A stretch of 61,388 nt of DNA, the filler included. It is 13 parts of 13 records of this genome, joined end to end, with 100 filler letters (N's around TTAATTAATTAA, not from the genome) between each part and the next. Parts side by side here need not be neighbours in the genome. Positions count along the whole stretch, not along the records: positions 44,028 to 47,763 come from SRR7504441_11283; positions 47,864 to 52,070 come from SRR7504441_11284; positions 52,171 to 57,186 come from SRR7504441_11291; 10 more parts are not named here. The stretch is one strand, 5' to 3'. The position numbers and the translations under genes are program-made. Each line of letters opens with the position of its first letter. Positions within the stretch are counted from its first letter, which is position 1. Of the stretch, positions 44,085 through 55,673 are shown piece by piece. Below the pieces are notes generated by a model. It was not told the origin of the DNA and did not search any database. It was given only the letters and a program-made list of their open reading frames with translations.

Positions 44085-45331
44085 ATGGGGAACGGTGCGG
44101 AGAAGGAGCGAGGCAAGTACACGGAGCCCGAGCTGCCGGCCGGGCAGTACGAGGTGCGGCTGTCGGTGTACAAGATACCCTACCTCGGTGCGCCAGGCCG
44201 GGCCCGGGCCCGATCGCGGGCAGGCTGGGCCGGCGGGTACCATTCGGGCGTGTGCGTTCACCGGCGCGAGTGGGCGTTCGGCGGGTGCGACGTGGGGACC
44301 GGTGTGCCGGGCAGGGGCAGCTGTGGGCAGCCGGGTGGCAGGGGTGTATTCGATCCGGCCTGAGATGGCCCAGCAGTACGACTGGCACAAGCGGGTCTCG
44401 CTGGGGGTCACCAGCATGGACCCGGCCGCAGTGGACCAGCTGGTGGCCGAGCTCGAGGCCGACTGGCCCGGCAACAGCTACCAGCTGACCAAACGGTGCC
44501 GGCCGGCTGGCCTGGGCTCAGTCGGCCGCAGCAACTGCAACCACTTCAGCGACGAGCTCTGCTTCCGGCTGACCGGTGCGCCGGGGGCTGGGCCGGGCCA
44601 GCAGGGGCAGGCGAGTACATCCCGGACTGGGTGAACAGCACCAGCAACAACCTGGCCAACAGCAGTTACAGGACCGACCGCCGGTGCCCCCCCCCCGCGC
44701 CTGCCATGGACCAGCCCCTGCAGCGGCCTCGAAAACCGGCGGCGGCGGGCCGAGTTGGCTTGCGAGATCTTCGGAGAGATGGGCGGCGGTGGGTGCGGGG
44801 GCGGGCGGGCCGAGCCTCGGGCAGAGGAGACTGATGCGGCGGATACGGCTGGGGTGCGGGAGCGGCTGGCGGAGTGCGACACTGAGCTGGTGGCTGGCTG
44901 CATGCGATCCGGTCCGAGCCTAGGGCAGGACGCACCCTATGAGCGCGAGCTGGCGGCTGGCGAGGCCGAGCAGACCAGCAGTGGCTGTCCCGGCTGGGCG
45001 GCGCCAGCGGCTGGGCAGGCGGTAGGCCTTTCGACCAGCACAAGTGGCTCAGAGAGGTGTTCAAGCCCCAGTGCGGCCCGGCCCGGGCAGCTGCCCACCG
45101 GCCGGCCAGGTTCTTGAGCCGGGCCGAGGCGGCGGCGGTCGAGGCCGAGATGCGGTTCGGGGAGCTCTCTGGCGGCGATGGCAGCAGGCGGGAGGTCGCG
45201 GTGTACATCGAGGAGCTGACAAAGGTCCCGCATCGCGATGGTTGTGGGGAGCTCGGGCGCAGGCGTTCAGCGAGGAATCACAGGGCTTCCAGGACGCCGA
45301 GGAGGCTCCGCAGAGCGCGCCCGCACCCTGA
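44085..45331 (+). CDS. DeSI/PPPDE family deSUMOylating/deubiquitinating peptidase (multi-exon)
   Basis: YHSGV..EWAFG and YQLTKR|NCNHFS catalytic dyad motifs, IPDWVN; introns 44188-44223, 44302-44341, 44496-44531, 44576-44610, 44684-44723 and further ones. Confidence 0.88.
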
Positions 45332-45648
45332 TGGATGAGGCTTAGCCTTCTGTTTCTTGCACAGCTTGTGGTTGGTTTGCCATCGAGCTCGATCGAGCTT
45401 GAGACACAAATTTCAATCGGTTGCTACGATGAAATCCATTTCATGAGAGGACAAGCACAATATAGAATGATTTAATGAATCATGTCAAAGTGTTATGGCG
45501 GCAAATAGAGTGTTATGGCGGCACATCTAGTGATGCACTATGTGACGGGGTCTCCTAACTCTCCCTTGTTGTAGAGCCGTGGCTTCAGACACTCAGCCTT
45601 CGTGTGGATCATGGTAGCCGCCGCGGGCCTGGGGCAGATGCAGCGGGC

Positions 45649-45957
45649 TTAGTACTGATCCAATGGGTCGGCGTTTTGCGGCCATAGCAGATGCGGCAGG
45701 AGCCGGCGATCCTCGGCCGGCCGTTCCACCTCCGAGCCACCACCGCTTCCGAGCTGAGCCCAGCCCGGCACCCGCGGGCTGGGCAGTTCGGCCGCGGCGT
45801 CCGGATGGATCTGCCTAACGAGCCGATCTAGCTGGATGAGCTGGGCCTCGATCGCAGCGAAGCCGGCGTCCAGGTTGTTTAGCCGTTGCACGCAGTGCTC
45901 GGTCTGGGCGAACGAGCGGTGGGCGGCCTCGACCATCGTCTCGCGTTGCTCCGCCAT
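45649..45957 (-). CDS. Small hypothetical coiled-coil protein
   Basis: Helical ORF MAEQRETMVEAA..LDRLVRQIHPDA; 5' end unclear. Confidence 0.35.
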   Translation of the reverse strand: MAEQRETMVEAAHRSFAQTEHCVQRLNNLDAGFAAIEAQLIQLDRLVRQIHPDAAAELPSPRVPGWAQLGSGGGSEVERPAEDRRLLPHLLWPQNADPLDQY

Positions 45958-46168
45958 CTGTCCGGTGAGTGCTCCTGGGCTGCTCCGCGCTCTTTTATGC
46001 TGGCACCCATGTTGAGGGACATTGATCTTCAACGAACTTCACTCTTGCTTCGTTCACGATTTGAGCTGATCGACGTGATCGAGTTTAATTAAGTGTTGAT
46101 TTAATCAACGTATATTAGGCGCGGTTGGTGCGCGTGTTCGGGCTTAACGAGTACGGTCTACTTAGGGT

Positions 46169-47480
46169 CTAGAGCCCGCCGCACTCACGGACCACCATTT
46201 GGTTGTACAGCTCGCGCAGCCGGTTCACCATCGGGCCTGGGAAGCTAGCCGGGTTGTCCCAAGTGTGCGAAAGCCCTTGTCCGACCGTCCGACCGTCCAC
46301 TTCCTTGACCGGGGTGATCCCGCCGAAGGTGCCTGCCCTCCCGTGAGCCGCGGCCCGGCTGGCTAGTGCCGGTGGTGAAGACTTCGTCAGCGCCATACAC
46401 TTCATACAAGGAGAAATCTTTCTCGTAAGCCGGGATCCCGTTCTCCCGGCAGAGCTTGAGGATGTTCCCCCGGGTGATCCCTGCCCCAGCTCAACCGGGC
46501 CGGCCGGCCGGGCACCAGGGATGCAGTAGTTGCCGCCGGAGGTCCAGACCTACCTAGCTCGGCCGGCAGCTCACGCAGCAGCTCACCTCGCCGTTCCGCA
46601 CGATGAAGAAGTGGACCGAGTTGCAGGTGGCCACTTGCCCGTGTGGGTCTAGCATCAGCGCCTCGTCAAACCCGGCCTGCTCGCCGCTCGGCCAGCACAG
46701 CCCGGGCCTGTCGCCTTCTGGGCAGAGATGCATGCGGTGATGCAGTTGATCTTGCTGTGGCTGTTCAGCTTCTGGTCCTGCACGTCCGCGTACCTGTCCC
46801 CGGGGTATGTCCACCAGTCTGCCGGCTGGGCCGCACCCGCGCCGGACGTGGCTGGTCATGAGCCGGATCCCCTGGTTTGGGTCCAGACTTGCCGGCTTGT
46901 GCTCAGCGATGCACACGATCGTGGGCGGGCCGATGTTGACCGCCGGGCCCTGGTACGGGGTGTACTTCTCGCCGCGGGTGACCATCAGCCTGGCGTGCAC
47001 CCCGGACTTCATCTGATTGACGGCCACCAGCTGATCCAGGTCGGCAGTCAGCTCGGACGGGCTCATCCCTGGCCCGGCTGGCGGGCGGCGGGGGCCGGAG
47101 GGGCACCGATCGGGATGTCCATGAACTTGCAGGCCTGGTAGAGCCGGTCCAGGTGGGCGTCGAGGCAGAGCCACTTGCCGTTGTACAGCCGGAGCCCTTC
47201 CCAGACCCCGTCCCCCAGGATGAACCCCGAATCGAACACCGAGACCACAGCCTCCTCCCGCTTCACGTACTTGGGCGTCCCGGCCGTGTGCAGGTAGATC
47301 AGCACCTCCTCGTTCCGCGGGTCCCCTGCCCGGCCCTCCCGGCCGGCCGGCAGGCCGCGCACCGAACACCGCCCCACCTACACCGGCCCCGGCCTTGGTG
47401 GCGGCCGGCCTCGGGGCCGCAGCCAGCGCGGGCGGCGGGACGGGGCGGGCGGCCAGACGACGGAATGAGCGGAAGGCCAT
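46169..47480 (-). CDS. PLP-dependent class IV aminotransferase (BCAT/D-amino-acid aminotransferase-like), 7 introns
   Basis: SVFDSGFILGDGVWEGLR, HLDRL, QDQKLNSHSKINCI, AGFDEALMLD, PGITRGN, YGADEVFTTGTFGG after removing introns of 37, 38, 43, 38 (GC), 37, 35 and 37 (GC) nt; basic N-terminus suggests organelle targeting. Confidence 0.92.
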
Positions 47481-48007
47481 CCCGCACACCAGTGCTCCGG
47501 CACACTTGCCAACACGCGATCGAGTCAGCGGAAGCTGCATCGTGATGATCCGTTACCGGTCTCAACGGAAATACAGTTGAGGACAACATCAACTTCCTCA
47601 CTGGGTTGCCGAGCAATGCCCTCGGACCCACCGCGGGGGCTACCCGGCACGAGTCGCCGGCGGACTACCCGTCAGACCACACCTTCTTCCGGTCCGCTCC
47701 CGCCTGCCAAGCGCACCCGCACCCAATCCTCCGCCCCCCCGGCCGACACGCCCCCCCCCCCCCNNNNNNNNNNNNNNNNNNNNNNNNNNNNNNNNNNNNN
47801 NNNNNNNTTAATTAATTAANNNNNNNNNNNNNNNNNNNNNNNNNNNNNNNNNNNNNNNNNNNNATACCTTCGGCTGTAGGCTAAAAATACAAGCGCGATC
47901 TCCTTTCAAACTTCTCTTTTAAACCTAATGTTTTTTCGCAAAAAAAAAATCCACGCCAAACTGTAACTCGGCCATCTCCGGTGGCGGGCGCAAGCTCGGT
48001 ACACCAA

Positions 48008-51000
48008 ATGCAGGTGACGGTGCACAAGCTCGGAGGCAAATCGCTGAGCGTAGAAGTAGAGCCGCATCATTTGGTGTACAAGCTCAAGAAGCGGATCTTT
48101 CAGGCCGATGGTCTGCCGGCAGGCGAGATTCATCTCAAGTTCAATGAGCTGGCGCTGGACGACAGCAAAAGCCTGGCTGAATACAACATTCAGGACGGCT
48201 CCGAGGTGTCTGCCTCCCGGTTGCTCAGCACAGACGACCCCGCGGCTCAGCGGTTCAGCGACAACACGGTAGTGACTTCGCAGTACACCTGCTTGACCTT
48301 CCTGCCAAAGTTCCTCTTTTTCGCGTTTACCAAGCTTGCCAACGCCTATTTTCTCGCGGTGGCCGTGCTGCAATGTATTCCGGACGTCTCGCAGACCCAG
48401 GGGCTGCCCACGATCCTGCCTGTGCTCATCATTATGATCACAGTCGAGGGTTCGCTGGCCGCCGCGGAGGACTGCCGGCGGCACGACGCGGACAAGATCG
48501 CCAACAACAGCCCCAGTCAGGTGTGGGACGGATCGGGCTTCGTACCCACTCGCTGGAGTTCTCTCCGTGTGGGCAACATCATCAAGGTGCTCGATCAGTG
48601 TCAACCTGCCTCTAAATGATCGCCCTGCAGGTGGACAATGAGCAGCCTATCCCCGCCGACCTGGCGGTGCTCGGGGTCTACGAGCCGGAGGCCACGGTGC
48701 CGTCCGGTGAATGCTACGTTGAGACAAAGTCGCTTGATGGGGAGACCTCGCTCAAGCAGAAAGCCGCGCTGGCTGCCACCACCAAACAGCTGCGCAATGA
48801 CAGCGATCTGGTGAGCCTGGGTTTGGTGAGCCTGGAGTGCGAATTCCCCAACTTAGATCTTGGATCTTTCACCGGCGCAATGAGGATCGGCGATGCCGAG
48901 CCGGAAAACGTCCCAATCACGTGCACTGTACTTAGGGGCTCCTCACTACAGCAGACTGAGGCGATGTGGGGGATCGTGATATTCACTGGACATGAAACCA
49001 AGGTGATGATGAATGCAGAGGAGCCGCAGCTCAAGCGTTCTACAATTGACAACGAGATCAACCGGCTGATTGTTTACGTGCTCATCACTATGTGGACAAT
49101 CTGCCTGGCTGCGGGGATAGCTGGCGCCATCTTTGATGCAATGAACGACAAGGACATGTGGTACTGGGGCGTCTACTGGAATCATGACTGCTGCTACGGG
49201 GCAGGCCATTACATACTCGACGCAGTTATTGACTTTTTGTCCTACTGGGTACTCATAGCCTCTTTTGTATCGATTTCTTTGGTGGTTTCTATGGTGCTGG
49301 TCAAAGCGTTCCAGCTTGGTTTCATGCAGATGAACCTGGACATGTATCATGAGGCTACCGACACCCCCGCCTGTGTCCGTACCATGAACCTGAACGATGA
49401 GCTTGGAGTCATCTCTTACATTCTATCAGACAAGACCGGTACGCTCACGGACAACATCATGCAGTTTCGCAAGATGACCGTAAGCGGCAAGGAATACGGA
49501 CTGGGACAGACCGAAATCGGCCGAGCTCGTTTGGCCAGGCTTTCTGGCAGCGACTTGTCTCCCAGCTCGCAGCTGGATCAGCAAGAAATCCGAGCCACCA
49601 GGCTGTCCCAATCCAATCATGTGGACTTCGCAGATGACTCCTTCTTCTCCTCGATGCAAGGAGGGGACCAAGAGCACCAGCGATGCTGCGACAAGATGGT
49701 CCGGGCACTTGCGCTGTGCCACTCCGCGATTCGTATGACCAGTGAGCCGGGTCAGCGGATTGGCCACTTGTCTGCTGCCTCGCCAGATGAGCTGGCGCTG
49801 GTGGAGGCCGGGGCCTTCTTTGGCAAGGTGTTTGCCCGACGGAGCAAAGACGCGGAGCATAATAAGTTCATCGAACTCGAGCAGCCGGGCGAATTTGGCG
49901 AGAGCACTCCAGAGAAGATCCAGCTGCTTGAGGACCTCGAGTTCACGTCTGACCGCAAGCGCCAGTCGATCATCATCAAGGATCAAGGCCGGATCGAGCT
50001 TATCAGCAAAGGTGCCGACTCGGAGATGTGGCCACGAATGGATCCTTCCAACGATGCGGCAGTAATGAAGGAGACCCAGTTGATCATGACAGAACAAGCA
50101 AACGACGGGCTGCGCACACTGCTGTACGGCAGCCGAGTGCTGGATCCAGCAGAATTTGAAGATTGGCATCGGAACTACAAGGAGGCATGCTCAGATGTGA
50201 CCGAGATAGAGCGCAAGAAGAATGGCGAGGAGAACAGGATCGACGAGCTGATGCAAGAGATGGAACAATGCCTTACTCTGCTTGGCAGCTCAGCACTAGA
50301 AGATAAGCTGCAGGCTGGAGTGCCACAGACAATCGCCCGGATGCTTGAAGCCAGCATAGCAGTCTGGATGCTCACAGGAGACAAGGAGGAGACGGCGGTA
50401 AACATTGCATTTGCATGTTCATTCCTTGACGAGGAGACGGACTTTATGAAACTCAATAAGAAGAGCTTTATAGGCGCTGACGCTTTGCGCGAGTCCATCA
50501 TAGGGTTTGCCCAAGTGATTGCTCATAGAAAAACCATCGGCAGCTTGATGAGGCACGCGCTTGTTATTGACGGCGATACGCTAACTGAAGCAATGACTGG
50601 GCCGTGCTTGGATGCTTTCACTGTGCTGATACAGCTGTGTGATGCAGTTGTAGCCAACCGGTGCAGCCCGCGGCAAAAAAGCAGTGTGGTGCAAATGGTG
50701 CGGACCCAGCTCCCAAATGCACGCACCCTGTCAATTGGCGATGGGGCCAATGATGTACCAATGCTGCTGGCAGCCCATGTAGGAGTCGGTATCTCTGGGC
50801 AGGAGGGGCTGCAGGCTGTGAACAACAGCGACTTTGCTATCGCCCGGTTCAGGTTTTTGACCGACTTGACGCTGGTGCATGGCAAGAACAACTATCTCAA
50901 CATGAGTACACTTGTGTGCTACATGTTCTACAAGAACGTGATGATCAGTATGACCCCTTATTACTACACCGCCTTCACTGGCATGTCTGGGCAAAAGTTT

Positions 51001-51918
51001 TCACCAGAGTATGCATTGCAGCTGTTCAACGCTATCTGGACCTTTCTGCCAATCCTACTGCTCGGAATTATGGACCAGGAAGTCGCCCGACCATACGCCA
51101 GAATGATCCCACGTTTGTATGAGATTGGGACGCGGTTTGGGGCCTTCAATTTTGAGGTGGGCGCCGAGTGGGTGGTGTTGGCTTTGCTAGAAAGCGCCTG
51201 GATTGTATACATGACTGTCGGGTGCATGGGTCCATGGATTGTCAATGATGAGGGCACGGTGGGCGGAATGTGGATGCTTGGGCTTGTTGTGATGACTGAG
51301 GCCATTCTGGTGGCCAACTTCAAGCTATTTGCCTGCCAGTACCAGTGGAACTGGATCCAGCTGCTGGTGCTCGTCCTCTCCATTGCCCTGTGGTGGCCAC
51401 TTGCCTACTTGTGCGACGCCAAGTTCATGGCTGCATCTATCTCGTTTATAGCAGTGAATGTGGAGGGCCAGCTTGGGCTGTGGAGGTACCTGCAGAACGA
51501 ACCCGTATTCTGGCTCACCGTGGTCCTTGTGGTGGGCACAATTCTGATGGCAGACATGACTCGGATTCATGTCAAGCGGATGTTCAAGCACGACCTCTCA
51601 TTTGAGGTCCAGTCAGCCATCAAAGCTGGAAAGTCCGATGAAGAGGTCTACCAGGTGTCCAAGGAGTATCCACAGCGCAAGCCGGAGCCCATTGAGGGGC
51701 TGCCTGAGCTGATCTCTACTCTGCTTCTTAGGCCGGTCACGCTGATGCGGAATGCAGATGAGCAAACGCTCCCAGTCGAGACGCACGTCAAGACCCGCAC
51801 TCTCAAGGTTCGAGGTGGGGCAGTCAACACCAATGCGCTCGGACCAGCGAACAATCTACCGGTAGACCAACCAGGTTCGAGTGTGGAGCTAGACAAGATA
51901 TCAGTTCACATCATCTGA
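48008..51918 (+). CDS. P4-type ATPase (phospholipid flippase) with N-terminal ubiquitin-like domain
   Basis: FSDNTVVTSQYT, ETKSLDGETS, SDKTGTLT, SPDELAL, FTSDRKR, WMLTGDK, IGDGANDV, YMFYKN; single intron 48587-48630. Confidence 0.93.
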
Positions 51919-52170
51919 GAGAAGATGAACAATTTATTGACGACCCAAGCCTTTAGGTTATATTTAGGCTACAAGTGAGATCTCAACCTAGACGGCTAGA
52001 CCGACAAGCATACATACATGTAAGGTTAGCGTAAGGTTTAGATCAATCAATCAATGGTCTGTATTGCACCNNNNNNNNNNNNNNNNNNNNNNNNNNNNNN
52101 NNNNNNNNNNNNNNTTAATTAATTAANNNNNNNNNNNNNNNNNNNNNNNNNNNNNNNNNNNNNNNNNNNN

Positions 52171-53554
52171 TGTGCTGCTGCCATCCAGACCCCAACAGCG
52201 AGGCCCAGGCTTGGCATCAGCACAGCGGCCAGATGGCTGCTAGCCCGGGGCTTACCGACTGTCTAGCTACTCCGAGCCTGGCTTGTCGCTCCTGTGCACA
52301 GTCTGAGCCCGCAAGCCGACCAACCAAGTGCCTGCATTTGCTTCCGCATGCGCTCGGCGAAATCTATCTGATCTGGATCAGCTTCTGCGGCCTTGGTAGC
52401 GATGTCCTGCTTTGTCGCCTCGGCCACCTGAGACGCACTCACTCCGCCTGCCCGGGCGCCCACCTTCCGCCTCAGGTCCGCCCGCTTCTTCTGCTCGGTA
52501 TCGTCGTGTTCCTGCCCGTACAATCACCTAGACCCAACCGACTACGCCCACCTTGCTAGCTGCCGCCTCGACCGCCTTGTCCACCGTACTGCTCAGCCCC
52601 TCTTCGTCCAGGCAGTCGTGGCTCGACTTGCTCTTACCACCCAGCTTCTTCTCGAGGCTTTTGACCTCGGCGTCCGCCTCGCCTTGCTCCTCGCCGAACG
52701 AGAGCAACGCGAGGTTCTTCTGCTTCTTCTTCTTCTTCCGCTCTGCGGCCACGTCCACGATCTGCGCGGGCCGTCAGGTGGCTCGAGTCGGACGGCGCAC
52801 CGTCGGCTCGACTTGATTCAGCTTTGAGACCCTTGGGAAGCAGTCATCGAACGGGTTCCAGAGCACCTCAATGGACTTGACAGTGGTGAGCCCGGCAGTC
52901 GGCCGATCCTGCTCGTCCACCTCGCACTCTGCAATCTGCATGGCGTTGTAGATCGAATCCCCCGAGATCCGCCCGAATATGGTGTGCTTGCCATTCAGCC
53001 ACTCGCACTTGCTCAGTGTCAGAAAGAACTGAGAACCGTTCGTGTTCGGGCCCGAGCTGGCCATCGCCACCAGCCCTGCGCCCGCCTCCGCCAGCCCTGC
53101 CAAGGGCCCGCACCGCGGTGAGAGAAGCGGAGCCGCGAGTGGATCTCGTCCCTGAATTCCTTGCCGTAGATCGACTCACCGCCTGCCGCCCGCTCCTGCC
53201 CGGACCGCCCAGCCCGAACCGTTCCCTGTGTTGGTGGGATCGCCGGTCTGGACCATGAAGTCTTTGATCACCTGCCGCCCGCATCGGCCTGGGCCGGTCG
53301 GCAAGGCACCCGGTGGAACACGCAGCCGTCGTAGTAGCCCTCCATGGACAGCTGGACGAAGTTGCGCACGGCCTTGGGGCATTCCTGCACACTGATTGGC
53401 ACCGGCCGCAGCCCGGGCGGGCGCCTTGGCCCACAGCTCGATGGCCAGCTCGCCCCGGGAGGTGTGGATGATCACCTGGGTCAGCTCGCCCCCGGCCGGC
53501 CCCGGCCCTCACCTTCCCCTCGGTCTGCGGCTCGAGCGAGTAAGCGCTGCTCAT
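52171..53554 (-). CDS. CWC27: Spliceosomal cyclophilin CWC27 (multi-exon, 3'-truncated)
   Basis: Spliced: [94 protein letters not shown]; introns of 37, 40 (GC), 38, 37 and 38 nt. Confidence 0.92.
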
Positions 53555-53775
53555 CCTTTCTCTCCCTCCTCTCCCGGCTTGGAGCACAAGCGAACCGCGT
53601 CACCTGGCCCCGCACCCCCGATAAGCCCTCGGCCGCAGCCCAGAGCGACCTGCGTGGGACAGGTGGGTCGCCCGGCTGGCAACGGATTCAGTTCGATCCA
53701 CTGATTCCGCTCCGATCACTGGGCCTACTCTGCCCTCCCGCTGTACGACCGCGTAGCAGAGCCTTCTGACCGGAG

Positions 53776-55368
53776 ATGAGCTCGGAGAGCTCGCGGTCTT
53801 CCACCCGGCCTGGCGGGGGTGAAGCGGGCCTGCGTCAGCGCAGCTTCAGCTCCGGCGACTCGGGATGCGACGACGAGACCGCGCTGCTGGCCGACGAGCC
53901 GGGCGGTGGCCCGCGGGCAATGGAGCCGTTCCACGTGCGGGCGATGGGCTTCTTCTCGGATGCGTACGACCTGTTCGTGATGAACCTGGCCAACCTGGTG
54001 CTGACCGAGCTATCTGACGAGTACGCCAAGCACTACAAGACGCTGGTCACAACCAGCGTGATCGCCGGGGTGATACTGGGGATGGTCTGCTTCGGAGTGG
54101 CGGCCGACACGATCGGGCGGCAGCGGGTGGCGGTGGCCACCTGCAGCATCCTGCTGCTGGGTGGGGTGCTCTGCACGGCGGCGTACGGCGGTAGCTACGC
54201 CGGGACGTTCGCAGTGCTTACTGTGGGGCGGCTGGTGGTCGGGTTGGGAATCGGCGGGGAGTACCCGCTGTCTGCTTGCCTGACCAGCGAGAGCTGCCCA
54301 GACCCAAAGCGGCGGGGCTGGGAGATCGGGCTAGTCTTCTCGATGCAGGGGGTCGGCTCGCTGGTGGCCGCTCTGGTAGGGTTCACTGCCATCTGGTGCC
54401 TCTGCCCGCACCAGCCGTATGACCAGACCCAGCTCGACGCAGCCTGGCGGGTAATGTTTGGGCTCGGGATCCTGCCGCCTGCAACCATAATCCTGGCCCG
54501 GTGCCGGATGCAGGAGACCGAACGGTCGCTCGTGGGGCTGAGGCACGTGGTGACTGTTGTTTGTACGCAGGTTTGGACAGATGAAAGCGAGCGGGAGCCC
54601 CGCGGTCTCTAGGGCACAGGCGGCCAGGCTGTGCTGGCGGCCGTTGCTAGGGATCTGCCTCTCTTGGTTCCTCTTAGACGCCGTCTTCTACACCCACCGA
54701 ATGTGGGTGGCCACCATACTGTACGACAGCAACGAGGACAAGGCGCTCTCCAACATAGCTTCCCAGAATCTAATCCTGGCCGCAGTCCAACTGCCCGGTC
54801 CGTTGCAGATCTAGCCAGCGCTCACCGGCGGGCAGGCTATTTCGTGGGTGCGTGGGCTTCTGACGTGGTCGGGCGCCGGCCTCTGCAAGCGTTTGGATTC
54901 GGCGCGATGACACTCGTGTTTGTGGTGATCAGCTTTGTCCCGGACGTCACTGGCGACATGCGGATCTTCATCCCAGTCTACGCCGTCATGTGGCTCTCTG
55001 CTCATCGGGCTGGGCCGCTCATTGGGGTCAGGTTCTTCACCGCAAACGTGGGGCCCAACACCACAACGTTCATCATGGCCGCCGAGGCGTTCCCTACCTG
55101 CTTCAGGACCACCGGACACGGCGTGTGCGCCGCCTGTGGTAAGATCGGGGCGCTGGTCGGTGTGGCTACCTTCACTGCACTCGATCGGCTCGGGCACGGA
55201 GGGAAGGCTGTGTTTATCGTGTGCGGCGTGCTGAGCCTCCTCGGTATGCTAGTGACCCTGACTGTAGTGGAGGAGACGGCCTGGCGGGATCTGGAGGCTG
55301 TGGACGCCCAGTTCGAGGATCGGCTCGCCAAGCCAAGCGCCACGGGTGCTGAGATTCACATCGAGTGA
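53776..55368 (+). CDS. MFS inorganic phosphate:H+ symporter (PHO84/PHT1 family)
   Basis: MGFFSDAYDLF, GLGIGGEYPLSA, VFSMQGVG, NVGPNTTTFI..EAFPT..TTGHG..GKIGA; three introns of 46, 38 and 42 nt. Confidence 0.88.
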
Positions 55369-55437
55369 TCGCGGCGATTGATTCTCGAAGCAGTGAGAGG
55401 CGGCATGCCATAGCATAGCAGCAATGCTGCAACACGC

Positions 55438-55461
55438 TCTAGATCTAGATCTAGATCTAGA
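55438..55461. repeat. (TCTAGA)4 palindromic microsatellite in 3' intergenic DNA
   Basis: Read directly. Confidence 0.9.
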
Positions 55462-55673
55462 CTAGTTAACGTTAAGGGTTCCCAACTAAATCCCGTACAA
55501 CCATGTAAATAATATTAATGAATGAATATGACCTTAAATTAGTCATTATTGGTAATGTTCACTACTACGAGTAGTTAATAAACCAAACGCCAGGTCCCAA
55601 AATTGAAGGGAAAAGCGGCAAAAATCGCTCATGTGTACGATCTATAGCTAACGTTTAACTGGAACCCCAACCT

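Noticed and set aside
47606-47763. Short ORF running into poly-C at the contig end
   Set aside because: Too short, low complexity and truncated; may be a gene start but cannot be supported.
46169-53554. Programmed frameshifts or stop-codon reassignment to explain broken ORFs
   Set aside because: Frame breaks in the aminotransferase, P4-ATPase and CWC27 are resolved by short GT/GC-AG introns; TAA, TAG and TGA all act as terminal stops.
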